A DNA stretch of 64,000 nt from Candidatus Omnitrophota bacterium. GTDB lineage: Bacteria; Omnitrophota; Gorgyraeia; Gygaellales; Profunditerraquicolaceae. The DNA lies in assembly GCA_041663665.1 (NCBI GenBank), contig JBAYMG010000003.1, positions 3,991 through 67,990 on the forward strand, read 5' to 3'. Made by a program: the position numbers and the translations under genes. The notes below the pieces were generated by a model. The model was not told the origin of the DNA. It was given only the letters and a program-made list of their open reading frames with translations, and did not search any database. This document shows, piece after piece, positions 47,144 through 57,851 of the stretch (positions within the stretch are counted from its first letter, which is position 1; each line of letters begins with the position of its first letter).

Positions 47144-48867
47144 AAAATATTAGAAGCATATTGCTTGTTTTAGTTTTTTTATTTTTAATGAGTAATTTTT
47201 TGTACGCTAAAGATATCACTATTGTCTATAGCGGGCAGACCCACGCTATGCTTTATACTTGCAGCTGCCCTATTGAGCGGGACGGCGGGATTGCTCGTCG
47301 AGCTTCCTTGATAAAGGAATTAAGAAAAAGCGATCCAAATCTTTTACTTTTAGATTGCGGTAGCTTTTCTGCCGGTGGTTTACTGGATGAATATACTCAA
47401 AGTGCCAAGCTGGATATGCAGCGGACACTGGTTAATTTCAAGGCACTGGAGCTTATGCGTTATGATGCCGTAGGCATTAGCTCTGATGAGTTTAATTTCG
47501 GCAAAGAATTTTTTTTAAAAATTTCCCGGACCGCTAATCCTGCTTTCTTAAGCGCTAATCTAGAATCAAGGCAGGTTATTCCCTATGTAATTAAGGATCT
47601 AAAAGGTATCAAGGTTGGGTTAGTCGGTTTGACTGGTCTGGCTGTCAGCCAAAAATCAGAAGGCATAAAGATAAGCGAACCTAAAAAAATCTCGGAATTA
47701 ATCAGCCGTTTAAAACAAGAAGGGGCTCAAGTAATTGTTCTTTTGAGTACGCTGGGTGAGAAAGAAGACTTAAAGTTAATTTCTGAAGTTAAAGGTATTG
47801 ATATACTTTTTGTCGGGCAAAATCCCTTAAAAGATGAGCCACTGACTAAGGTGGATTCTACTTTTATCTTGCGTCCGTTATGGCAAGGGCGTAAAATTGG
47901 TAAATTAACTTTAAAAATTAAAGATGGCCAGCTTACCGATTGTAAAACTGAAGAAATAAAAGTCTCGGAGAGATTTACTGATGACCCTCAGATATTATCA
48001 ATTCTTCCGCGTTGTTATTCTGATGCTAATTGTAAGAAAGAAGGTTTTGCCGGTAATTGTGCAAATCCCGGTGATTTAAGTGCGCAGTGCGTATTTACCC
48101 GGCCAAACGAAATCAGCTTGCGTGTAATTACTGTAAAAGATTGCATTGTTTGTAATGAAGAGCCGGTAATTAATTTATTGAAAAAGAAATTTCCCGGGAT
48201 AGTTGTGAAATATCTTTATTACCCGGATCTTGCTGTACAGGAATTAATTAAGGGCCTGCCGGTAGAAAGCTTGCCCGTTTATTTATTGGGTCAAGAAATT
48301 GAGAAAGAAGATAATTTTTATAGTATAAAGGATGATTTTATATTGGTTAAAGACAGCTATTTGCTTAAGCCTCAACTAAGCGGTTTAGCTTATTTTTTCA
48401 AACGGAATAAAAATGAAGGAAGTCTGGATTTATTTTTTAGTATATTTGAAAAAGATGCGGATAAACTCTTAAGCGCTACCGAGGACCTTAAGCCTAATTT
48501 GCATTTTTTAATAGTTGAAGATGCGCAAGGTTTTACTGCTAAGCATGGTGCTTTAGAAGTGGAAGAGTGTCTGCGCGGGGCGTGTGTGCAGAAATACTAT
48601 CCCAAGGTATTCTGGAATTATTTAACCTGCCGATCTAAAAAAATCGATAGTTCTTATTGGGATGATTGCCTTAATGCAGCGCAATTGCCTGAGATTAGAA
48701 CTTGTGCTAGGGGGCCTGAGGGCATAAAATTGCTTAAAGAAAATATCAGTTTAAGTAAAGAGCTGCAAATTATGTTTGGCCCAACTTATCTTTTGAATAA
48801 TCAGGAGATTTTTTCTCTTCGGGATGTCCCGAAAAAAGAGGAACTTAAGAAAATAATTAAGAGGTGA
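47140..48867 (+). CDS. secreted multidomain protein: degenerate calcineurin-like/5'-nucleotidase-like domain + two thioredoxin-fold (DsbA-like) domains, one with a CIVC motif
   Basis: Signal peptide. The N-terminal half follows the metallophosphoesterase motif order but the metal ligands are substituted (GQTHAM, LLLDCGS, GISSDEFNFG, FVGQNP). The C-terminal half has KDCIVCNEEP (CxxC) and two cis-Pro-loop-like segments (SLPVYLLGQE, GPTYLLNNQE), and is Cys-rich. Confidence 0.45.
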   Translation: MKNIRSILLVLVFLFLMSNFLYAKDITIVYSGQTHAMLYTCSCPIERDGGIARRASLIKELRKSDPNLLLLDCGSFSAGGLLDEYTQSAKLDMQRTLVNFKALELMRYDAVGISSDEFNFGKEFFLKISRTANPAFLSANLESRQVIPYVIKDLKGIKVGLVGLTGLAVSQKSEGIKISEPKKISELISRLKQEGAQVIVLLSTLGEKEDLKLISEVKGIDILFVGQNPLKDEPLTKVDSTFILRPLWQGRKIGKLTLKIKDGQLTDCKTEEIKVSERFTDDPQILSILPRCYSDANCKKEGFAGNCANPGDLSAQCVFTRPNEISLRVITVKDCIVCNEEPVINLLKKKFPGIVVKYLYYPDLAVQELIKGLPVESLPVYLLGQEIEKEDNFYSIKDDFILVKDSYLLKPQLSGLAYFFKRNKNEGSLDLFFSIFEKDADKLLSATEDLKPNLHFLIVEDAQGFTAKHGALEVEECLRGACVQKYYPKVFWNYLTCRSKKIDSSYWDDCLNAAQLPEIRTCARGPEGIKLLKENISLSKELQIMFGPTYLLNNQEIFSLRDVPKKEELKKIIKR

Positions 48868-50108
48868 ATATGGATAAGAAACCAATAATTTATTTGCTGG
48901 ATGTAACCAATCGGGACGGAGTTCAGACTTCACGGATCTGTCTATCTAAATTACAGAAAACCATGCTTAACTGGTATCTTGATCAGATGGGGGTTTCTCA
49001 GTCAGAATTTGGTTTTCCGCTTACCCGCCATGAAACAAATTATTTAAATGCTAATCTGGAACTGGTTAAATTAGGCGGATTTTCCAGAATCAGGCTCAGC
49101 GGTTGGCTGCGTGCGACCAAAGATGATGTCAGAACTGCTTTTAAATTGATCCCGGATTTAAAGTATTTAAATCTTTCTATTTCAACCAGTGATCAGATGA
49201 TTGTGCATAAATTTAAAGGTAAGCTTGATCATCAGTCGATAATTCAGGAAATGCAGGAGGCGGTGCATGTGGCTTTAAAGTTAGGCGCAGAGTCAATTGG
49301 GGTAAATGCTGAGGATGCTTCGCGTACCAATCTGGATTATCTGATTGAATTTTCGCTTAAAGCAAAAGAAGCCGGTGCAAATAGGATTCGTTATTGTGAT
49401 ACCTTAGGGTGTGATACCCCTTTTAGTATTTATGAAAGAATTAAATTAGTGGCTGAAGCAGTGGGGTTGCCTATTGAAGTGCATTGTCATAATGATTTAG
49501 GCCTGGTAATAGCGAATTCAATTGCCGGAGCAAGAGCGGCAACTGACGCCGGAGTAGATTCGTATATTAATACTTGTGTTAACGGTATGGGGGAGCGGGC
49601 AGGAAACGCGGATTTGGTATCAGTTATTCTGGCGCTTAAATACGGTAAAGGAATGTCGGGATATTGCTTGGATGAAAAAGTAAATTTAAAGTTGGCCTGG
49701 AAAATTTGTAAATATGCATCTTATGCTTTCGGAGTGCCTATCCCGATTAATCAGCCGGGAGTTGGAGCAAATGCTTTTGCTCATGAATCCGGGATTCATG
49801 CTGATGGAGCGCTCAAGGATCGGCGTAATTATGAGCTTTATGATTATGAAGAGCTTGGCCGAGGCGAGCCGGAAATAATTGAGACGGGGAGAAAAATTAC
49901 TGCCGGAGAATATTCCGGAATCAAAGGTTTCCGCAATGTTTATGAAAAATTAGAAGTAGTTTTTAAAGATGATGCCCAGGCTACGCGCATATTAGAATTA
50001 GTCAGGTATGCCAATGTCCACAATCAAAAACCTTTAGTTGACGATGAGTTAAATTTTATTGCCAAATATCCGGATATTGCCCATAAGATATTTACCATGA
50101 CACCATAA
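48864..50108 (+). CDS. HMGL-like (DRE-TIM) family synthase: homocitrate / citramalate / 2-isopropylmalate synthase-like, short form
   Basis: LLDVTNRDGVQTS (a variant of the TLRDGEQ motif) and EVHCHNDLGLVIANSIAGARA (HxH metal site); 414 aa with no LeuA regulatory domain. Confidence 0.7.
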   Translation: MNMDKKPIIYLLDVTNRDGVQTSRICLSKLQKTMLNWYLDQMGVSQSEFGFPLTRHETNYLNANLELVKLGGFSRIRLSGWLRATKDDVRTAFKLIPDLKYLNLSISTSDQMIVHKFKGKLDHQSIIQEMQEAVHVALKLGAESIGVNAEDASRTNLDYLIEFSLKAKEAGANRIRYCDTLGCDTPFSIYERIKLVAEAVGLPIEVHCHNDLGLVIANSIAGARAATDAGVDSYINTCVNGMGERAGNADLVSVILALKYGKGMSGYCLDEKVNLKLAWKICKYASYAFGVPIPINQPGVGANAFAHESGIHADGALKDRRNYELYDYEELGRGEPEIIETGRKITAGEYSGIKGFRNVYEKLEVVFKDDAQATRILELVRYANVHNQKPLVDDELNFIAKYPDIAHKIFTMTP

Positions 50109-51390
<1,282 letters not shown>

Positions 51391-51392
<2 letters not shown>

Positions 51393-51440
51393 GTACTTGA
51401 AGACAAAGTACTTGACTATAAATATCAGGTGTGTTATATT
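51391..51440 (+). promoter_or_regulatory. sigma70-like promoter (TTGACT-17nt-TATATT) overlapped by a 10-nt direct repeat AAGTACTTGA x2
   Basis: -35 at 51412-51417 and -10 at 51435-51440. Repeats at 51391-51400 and 51406-51415, each containing the palindromic AGTACT. Lies upstream of the OmpA-like lipoprotein gene. Confidence 0.4.
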
Positions 51441-51480
51441 TAATTTTAATAATTTAGCAAAAGTCAAAAGGAGAGGTAAG

Positions 51481-52152
51481 ATGAAGAATAAGTTTTTTAA
51501 AATCGCTTTAGCCTTGTTTATTTCTTTTAGTTTAGCCGGATGCACCTTTATTTTCCAAAAAGGCAGGCGTTCGGATCTTCAGAAGATAGATGAATTGAAT
51601 GCACAGTTGGATGAACTTTCCCGTTCAAAGGGATTATTGGAACAGAAGCTGGGACAGGAGATAAATGACAAACAAATAAAACTTCAGATGATGGAAAAAG
51701 GTTTAGTCATTACCGTCGTCGGAGATCTCTTATTTGATTCCGGGAAAACTAAAATTAAGTCTGAGGCTTATCCTTTATTAGACAAAGTTTCCGCTGTGTT
51801 AAAAGATAATATGGCACAGTTTAATATCGGTATCGAAGGGCATACTGATAATATTCCGATTAAGGTTTCCGGTTGGAAATCAAATTGGGAACTTTCCACT
51901 AGCCGTGCTTTAAGCGTATTACATTATTTAGCCAATGACCAGGGGATTTCTCCTGAGAGGTTATCTGCGATTGGTTACGGTGAATATCGTCCGGTTGCTT
52001 CCAATGAAACTAAATCTGGGCGTAAACAGAATCGCAGGGTAGAGATAGTCATACTGCCTAATGTTACTAAAATTAAAGGCGATGCTTCTGAGCCATCGGA
52101 ATCAAAAGAACTTCAGCCTGAATTAAAAGAACCTCAGGAAAATCTTAAATAA
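51481..52152 (+). CDS. OmpA/MotB-family peptidoglycan-binding lipoprotein
   Basis: Lipobox LAGC after a signal peptide. OmpA_C domain NIGIEGHTDNIPI...WELSTSRALSVLHYL...RRVEIVIL. ATG 51481 with SD AAGGAGAGG; the track start at 51397 would read through the promoter. Confidence 0.85.
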   Translation: MKNKFFKIALALFISFSLAGCTFIFQKGRRSDLQKIDELNAQLDELSRSKGLLEQKLGQEINDKQIKLQMMEKGLVITVVGDLLFDSGKTKIKSEAYPLLDKVSAVLKDNMAQFNIGIEGHTDNIPIKVSGWKSNWELSTSRALSVLHYLANDQGISPERLSAIGYGEYRPVASNETKSGRKQNRRVEIVILPNVTKIKGDASEPSESKELQPELKEPQENLK

Positions 52153-52164
52153 GAAAAGGCTTAA

Positions 52165-52545
52165 ATGTTTGAAAATTTAAAAAGTCGCGTTGTAATAGTC
52201 TTAGGGATATTGTTAGTATTATTTTTCTTTTCGACGCTTAGTTCATGTAATAGCGCTATGCGTCAGAAAACGGCTCGTGATAAAGAGATGGCTGCGCGCC
52301 TTGTTTTGGAAGAAAAAGTTAATAAGTTTTCCCAGGACCGGGCAGTTCTAGAAGAAAAAGCTAAAGCTAAAGAAAAAGAGGTATCGGAATTAAAAATTAC
52401 GCTTGAAAATGTAAATAAATCTTTGATCCAGGAGCAGATGGTTAATCAAAGTTTAAAAGATGAGCTGCAAAAGGTAGCTAAGCTTAAAGAAACCTTAGAA
52501 AATGATTCGAAGTCCAAGGACGATGGGAAAAAATTTAAAAAATGA
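52165..52545 (+). CDS. coiled-coil lipoprotein (hypothetical)
   Basis: Signal peptide ending in lipobox LSSC, then ~90 aa of a K/E-rich heptad-like coiled coil. Confidence 0.5.
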   Translation: MFENLKSRVVIVLGILLVLFFFSTLSSCNSAMRQKTARDKEMAARLVLEEKVNKFSQDRAVLEEKAKAKEKEVSELKITLENVNKSLIQEQMVNQSLKDELQKVAKLKETLENDSKSKDDGKKFKK

Positions 52546-52586
52546 AATAAGGAGGGGCAGAAAGTCGCAGGAGAACGTTTTTAGTT

Positions 52587-52609
52587 AAGGGGAGAGAATC
52601 CCCTTTTTT
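52587..52609 (+). terminator. rho-independent terminator
   Basis: AAGGGGA-gagaa-TCCCCTT stem-loop followed by TTTTTA, 40 nt after the 52165..52545 stop. Confidence 0.6.
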
Positions 52610-52625
52610 ATTGGAGGGAGGTAAG

Positions 52626-53606
52626 GTGAAAAAAATACTAAAGAATCTGAAGGGGAATCTCAAAAAAATTATTTCTAAGGTAGGTTCTAAAGCTAAAGCC
52701 AAGATTAAGAAGGTTGGTACCTCTAGGAAAAAAGTAAATGACCAAATTCAGAATGAAATTCCGAGTTTTCACGAAACCGCTATCGCCAATACAAAATTTT
52801 CTCATTCGGAAAATGCTGGTATTAAGCGTGCTATGCCGCAGGAGCTTCCATCTTTTTATGATCAAGATAAAATTGTCCTATTGGTCCGTGATCCTCACTG
52901 GCTGCATACCTACTGGGAGTTAAGAACTCAAACCTTTGAAACTGTAAAGAATAAATTGGGTAATGATTTCAATCATTCTAAAAAAGTTTTAAGAGTTTAT
53001 GACGTTAGCAATATCATGTTTAATGGTTCTAATGCTAACAGCTTTTTTGATATTGTAGTTAACGATTTTGCTAATAGCTGGTATATTGAGACAGCAGGCT
53101 CAGGCAGGTCCTGGTGTGTAGATTTAGGTTTAATGCTGTCTGATGGCAGGTTTATTACGATAATTCGCTCGAATGTCGTAACTACCCCTTTAGACGGGCC
53201 TTCTTGGGTGACAGATGAGGAATGGATGATTCCTGACGAAATGTTTGCCAGGCTTTATGGAATGGGTTTTGGCCTAGGTAAAACTTCTCCGGTTGGCGGT
53301 GCTTGGCAGGAACGCATAAAGCAAGGATTATTCAGTTCAGGATTATCTTCAAGCCCGGTGAAAAAAGAAGTTAAGGAAAGAAGTTTTTGGTTAAAAGTCG
53401 ACTGCGAGTTAATTGTTTATGGGGCAACCGAGCCGGATGCAAAAGTAACAGTACAAGGCGCACCGATTAAGTTAAGACCGGATGGTACTTTTACCTTACG
53501 TTATTATTTGCCTGACGGAAAACAAATAATTCCAGTCAAGGCAGTTTCAGCGGATAATGTCGAAGAACGTACTATTACTCCAATTGTAGTTCGAGAAACC
53601 AAATAA
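52626..53606 (+). CDS. DUF4912 domain protein with a Lys-rich N-terminus (GH57-associated)
   Basis: Family membership is inferred from the conserved adjacency with the GH57 gene; I did not verify it from a sequence motif. GTG 52626 after GGAGGGAGG. Confidence 0.55.
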   Translation: MKKILKNLKGNLKKIISKVGSKAKAKIKKVGTSRKKVNDQIQNEIPSFHETAIANTKFSHSENAGIKRAMPQELPSFYDQDKIVLLVRDPHWLHTYWELRTQTFETVKNKLGNDFNHSKKVLRVYDVSNIMFNGSNANSFFDIVVNDFANSWYIETAGSGRSWCVDLGLMLSDGRFITIIRSNVVTTPLDGPSWVTDEEWMIPDEMFARLYGMGFGLGKTSPVGGAWQERIKQGLFSSGLSSSPVKKEVKERSFWLKVDCELIVYGATEPDAKVTVQGAPIKLRPDGTFTLRYYLPDGKQIIPVKAVSADNVEERTITPIVVRETK

Positions 53607-53611
53607 AAACT

Positions 53612-55192
53612 ATGCTTAAAGGATACCTCTGTTTAGTTTTACATGGTCATTTGCCGTTTGTGCGCCATCCGGAACATGAAAATTTTCTGGAAGAAGATTG
53701 GCTTTATGAAGCAATTACCGAAACCTATGTTCCCTTAATTTCTGTCTACGAAGGGCTTGTTCGTGATGGAATAGATTTCCGCATCACTATGACTTTAAGC
53801 CCTACGCTCATTTCCATGCTCGCTGATCCCTTGTTAGAAGAGCGTTACTTAAAGCATATAAATAAACTTATTGAATTATCTCAAAAAGAGATCGAGAGAA
53901 CCAAGTGGCAGCCGGATTTTAAGAATTTGGCGATAATGTACTTCAATAAATTTGTGCATGCGCGGGATACTTTCTTAAAATATAATTGTAACCTGAGCCT
54001 GGCATTTAAGAGATTTCAGGATTTAGGAAAACTGGAGATAATTACCTGTGGTGCTACGCATGGATTTTTTCCGTTGATGGATGTTTGCCGGGATTCGGTG
54101 CGTGCACAGGTTAATGTGGCAGCTAATCATTATTATGATACTTTTGGCAGGAGGCCACAGGGTATTTGGCTACCGGAATGCGGGTATTGCCCGGGCCATG
54201 ATGAGATTCTAAAAAATGCAGGTATTCGTTATTTTTTAACTGATTCTCATGGGCTCCTCCATGGTACACCCCGCCCTAAATACGGAGTATTTGCTCCGGT
54301 TTATTGTAAGGGTACCGGGGTGGCTGCGTTTGGGCGTGATTTAGAATCTTCAAAACAGGTTTGGTCTTCTATTGAGGGCTATCCTGGTGATTATAACTAT
54401 CGGGAATTTTACCGTGATATTGGTTTTGATTTGGAATTTGATTATATTAAGCCCTATATTCATCCTGATGGGGTGCGTATTAATACCGGGATGAAATATT
54501 ACCGTATTACCGGTACAGACAATCATAAAGAGCCTTATATTCAAGAGCGGGCAAGAGAACGTTCAGCAGAGCATGCCGGTAATTTCATGTTTAACCGTCA
54601 GAAACAGGCGCATTATCTTAATGATTTGATGGGTAAGCCTCCGATTATTGTTTCTCCTTATGATGCTGAGCTTTTTGGTCATTGGTGGTATGAGGGCCCG
54701 ATGTGGCTTGATTTTTTATTTCGTAAAATAGCCTGTGACCAGGATGAAATCCGTATGATTACTCCTTCTGAATATTTAAACCAGAATCCGCGTAATCAGG
54801 TCATTACTCCATCGTTATCTAGCTGGGGGTATAAAGGTTATTCGGAGATGTGGCTGCAGGGTACAAATGATTGGATCTATCGTCATTTGCATGTAGCTTC
54901 AGAACGGATGAGCGAATTGGCCAAGAATTTCCCGGGAGCTCAGGGGTTATCCCTCCGGGCTTTAAATCAGGCTTTGCGCGAATTATTATTGGCACAGAGT
55001 TCGGATTGGGGATTTATCTTGGGTACCGGTACACATACTAGCTATGCGATACGCCGCACTAAAGACCATCTCTTAAGATTTAACAAGATTTACGAAGATG
55101 TTAAGTCTAATAATATTGACGAGAGCTGGTTAGCTGATATTGAACATAAAGACAACCTCTTCCCGAATATAGATTACCATCTACATCGGTAA
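53612..55192 (+). CDS. glycoside hydrolase family 57 (1,4-alpha-glucan branching enzyme type)
   Basis: N-terminal LCLVLHGHLPFVRHPEHE signature of GH57; 526 aa. Confidence 0.88.
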   Translation: MLKGYLCLVLHGHLPFVRHPEHENFLEEDWLYEAITETYVPLISVYEGLVRDGIDFRITMTLSPTLISMLADPLLEERYLKHINKLIELSQKEIERTKWQPDFKNLAIMYFNKFVHARDTFLKYNCNLSLAFKRFQDLGKLEIITCGATHGFFPLMDVCRDSVRAQVNVAANHYYDTFGRRPQGIWLPECGYCPGHDEILKNAGIRYFLTDSHGLLHGTPRPKYGVFAPVYCKGTGVAAFGRDLESSKQVWSSIEGYPGDYNYREFYRDIGFDLEFDYIKPYIHPDGVRINTGMKYYRITGTDNHKEPYIQERARERSAEHAGNFMFNRQKQAHYLNDLMGKPPIIVSPYDAELFGHWWYEGPMWLDFLFRKIACDQDEIRMITPSEYLNQNPRNQVITPSLSSWGYKGYSEMWLQGTNDWIYRHLHVASERMSELAKNFPGAQGLSLRALNQALRELLLAQSSDWGFILGTGTHTSYAIRRTKDHLLRFNKIYEDVKSNNIDESWLADIEHKDNLFPNIDYHLHR

Positions 55193-55193
55193 T

Positions 55194-55913
55194 ATGCAGA
55201 ATAATTCCAATATCCCCAAGCATGTGGCTTTCATTCTGGATGGTAACGGCCGTTGGGCAAAAGCCAGAGGCCTGAATCGTACTGCCGGGCATCGTAAGGG
55301 TGCGGATCGGGTAAAAGAAATTATTCGTGGTGCAGGTTCATTGGGTATTGAAATAGTAACGTTTTTTGCTTTCTCAACCGAGAATTGGTCTCGGCCAAAA
55401 ACCGAAGTAAATGTTTTGATGCGTTATTTAGATAGTTTCTTGAGCAAAGAAATTAAACACCTGCAAGAAAATAATGTGCGTTTTTTGTCAATTGGCCGTA
55501 CTTATCCGGTACCTAAGTATCTCCAAGCCAGGATAAAAAAAACAGAAGAGGAGACGGCAAGCAATACCGGTTTGCTGGTTGTTTTAGCTTTGAATTATGG
55601 GGGCCGGCAGGAGATCGTGGATGCGGCAAAGAAATTTGGTAAAGATGTGTTAGCGGGAAAAATCAATCCGGAAAATCTGGATGAGGAAAAATTCCGGGGT
55701 TATTTTTATGCTGCTAGTATTCCCGATCCGGATTTACTAATTCGCACCAGCAATCAAATGCGCATTAGTAACTTTTTGCTTTGGCAGCTTTCTTATTCCG
55801 AGTTTTATTTTTCGCATAAATATTGGCCGGATTTTGGTATGGATGAGTTAAAAGATGCTATTAAAGAATATCAGAGAAGGGAAAGAAGATTTGGAGGCAT
55901 AAATGTTAATTAA
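55194..55913 (+). CDS. uppS: isoprenyl transferase (undecaprenyl diphosphate synthase)
   Basis: HVAFILDGNGRWA...FSTENWSRP...RTSNQMRISNFLLWQLSYSE; 239 aa. Confidence 0.93.
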   Translation: MQNNSNIPKHVAFILDGNGRWAKARGLNRTAGHRKGADRVKEIIRGAGSLGIEIVTFFAFSTENWSRPKTEVNVLMRYLDSFLSKEIKHLQENNVRFLSIGRTYPVPKYLQARIKKTEEETASNTGLLVVLALNYGGRQEIVDAAKKFGKDVLAGKINPENLDEEKFRGYFYAASIPDPDLLIRTSNQMRISNFLLWQLSYSEFYFSHKYWPDFGMDELKDAIKEYQRRERRFGGINVN

Positions 55914-56691
55914 GAGGATAATCAGTTCTTTCATGCTTATTAGCATTATCTGCAGTGTAATCTTTTTTGATTGGTTATGCGGTTTAGTAGTTACTATTTT
56001 TATTATTGGAGGCTTGTATGAATACTTTCTGATGCTTGAAAAGAAAGGGATCAAAATTTATAAATATTTTGGTATTGGCATGGGGGCGGTCATTCCCTTA
56101 TCGATTATGCTTAGGTTCGAACCGACCAAAAATTGGGAGTTACTTTTTATTGTTTTGGCTTTATTTTTTCTTATCCTTATGCAATTTAAACGCAGGGATA
56201 ATTCCGGGGTAATTGTCGATATTTCAACTACTCTTTTTGGCATTCTTTATGTTTCCTGGTTTTTTAGTTTTCTTATAAAAATAAGGTATTTGCACGGTGG
56301 GCTAGGGTTTTTGGCCAGTTTGTTATTAATTACAAAATTGGGGGATATCGGTGCATTTTTAGTGGGTAGCCGATGGGGCAAGCATCTATTAATATCGCGA
56401 ATCAGCCCGAATAAAACAGTGGAAGGGGCCTTAGGAAGTTTAGTTTTTAGTATTTTCGGAGCGTTGGCCTGTAAATCGTTTTTGCCATTCAATAATGCCC
56501 AACTATTATTAATTGCAATTTGTTTGAATATTTTAGGCCAATTAGGAGATCTTTCAGAGTCTTTACTTAAGAGGGATTGTCAGGTTAAGGATTCAGGGAG
56601 GATATTTCCAGGTATGGGCGGAGTATTGGATGAAATTGACAGCTTATTGTTTACCGCCCCGGTATTTTATTTTATCTTAGCTCGATTATAA
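55903..56691 (+). CDS. cdsA: phosphatidate cytidylyltransferase
   Basis: Polytopic membrane protein with the CTP_transf_1 C-terminal signature SRISPNKTVEGALGS...GGVLDEIDSLLF. Confidence 0.85.
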   Translation: MLIKRIISSFMLISIICSVIFFDWLCGLVVTIFIIGGLYEYFLMLEKKGIKIYKYFGIGMGAVIPLSIMLRFEPTKNWELLFIVLALFFLILMQFKRRDNSGVIVDISTTLFGILYVSWFFSFLIKIRYLHGGLGFLASLLLITKLGDIGAFLVGSRWGKHLLISRISPNKTVEGALGSLVFSIFGALACKSFLPFNNAQLLLIAICLNILGQLGDLSESLLKRDCQVKDSGRIFPGMGGVLDEIDSLLFTAPVFYFILARL

Positions 56692-56693
56692 TT

Positions 56694-57839
56694 ATGAAGA
56701 AAATTGCGGTTTTAGGTTCAAGCGGTTCTATTGGCCAGAATACTCTGGCGGTTGTCAAGAGCTTAGCTGGAAAATTTAAGGTTGAGGCTTTAAGCGTTAA
56801 TTCCGATATTGTTAAATTAAAACAACAAATAGACGAATTCCATCCGCGTTTAGTATGCGTAAGAGATAAGCAGAGCGCTTATAAGTTAAAATCTGCCGTT
56901 GGTTCAAAAGTAAAAATTTTCTGTGGCGATGAAGGCTTGGCTGAGTTGGTTAAAGATAAGCAGATAGAACAAGTGATGCTTGCTATCTCCGGATCTGCTG
57001 CCCTTACGCCGTTGATTAGCGCAATTAAGGCAAGTAAAGACATCGCTTTAGCTAATAAAGAGGCAATAGTTATGGCTGGGCCGATAATTATGCGCTTAGC
57101 CGAAAAATATAAGGTTAAGATATTACCGGTTGACAGCGAGCAATCAGCTATCTGGCAGTGCTTAGGCGGATCCAGCCAAGATAATGTCAGGCGGGTATAT
57201 TTGACTGCTTCCGGAGGCTCGTTGAGAGACTTGCCGAGAAACAAGTTTAAGCAGGTAACTATAGAAAAAGTATTGCAACATCCACGCTGGAAGATGGGCA
57301 GGAAGATTACGGTAGATTCAGCGACTTTAATGAACAAGGGGCTTGAACTGCTCGAGGCAATGTTTTTATTTAATTTGAGAGTAGAGAAAATAAGCGTATT
57401 GATTCATCCGGAGGCTTTTATTCATTCGATGGTTGAATTTAATGATGGGGTGATTATGGCCCAGCTTTCAATTACAGATATGCGTATACCTATTCAGTAT
57501 GCCTTATCATATCCGGAACGTCTGTCTAGTCCGCTTTCCGGGATTGATTTTTATCGTTTGAGTAAGCTGCATTTTGCCAAACCGGACTTAAAAAAATTTC
57601 CTTGTTTAGGGCTTGCTTATCAGGCGGCTAGAGATTTAGGAACCATGCCGGCGGTATTAAATGCAGCTAATGAAGAAAGCGTTAATCATTTTTTAAATAA
57701 GCGAATTAATTTTTTAACCATACCAAAAATAGTGGATAAGGTAATGCGGCGCCATATAAAAAGTGCTAATCCTAGCTTTAAAGATATACTTTCTGCTGAT
57801 GCTTGGGCCAGAGAGGAAGTTGCGCGCTTTGCGTATTAA
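56694..57839 (+). CDS. dxr: 1-deoxy-D-xylulose 5-phosphate reductoisomerase
   Basis: MKKIAVLGSSGSIGQNTLAVV NADPH motif; full-length Dxr, 381 aa. Confidence 0.95.
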   Translation: MKKIAVLGSSGSIGQNTLAVVKSLAGKFKVEALSVNSDIVKLKQQIDEFHPRLVCVRDKQSAYKLKSAVGSKVKIFCGDEGLAELVKDKQIEQVMLAISGSAALTPLISAIKASKDIALANKEAIVMAGPIIMRLAEKYKVKILPVDSEQSAIWQCLGGSSQDNVRRVYLTASGGSLRDLPRNKFKQVTIEKVLQHPRWKMGRKITVDSATLMNKGLELLEAMFLFNLRVEKISVLIHPEAFIHSMVEFNDGVIMAQLSITDMRIPIQYALSYPERLSSPLSGIDFYRLSKLHFAKPDLKKFPCLGLAYQAARDLGTMPAVLNAANEESVNHFLNKRINFLTIPKIVDKVMRRHIKSANPSFKDILSADAWAREEVARFAY

Positions 57840-57851
57840 CCTTAATTAAAG

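Noticed and set aside
52638-52923. Two short ORFs (52638..52865 minus, 52738..52923 plus) overlapping the DUF4912 gene start
   Set aside because: Alternative-frame or antisense ORFs within a K-rich coding region; the DUF4912 frame continues for 330 aa.
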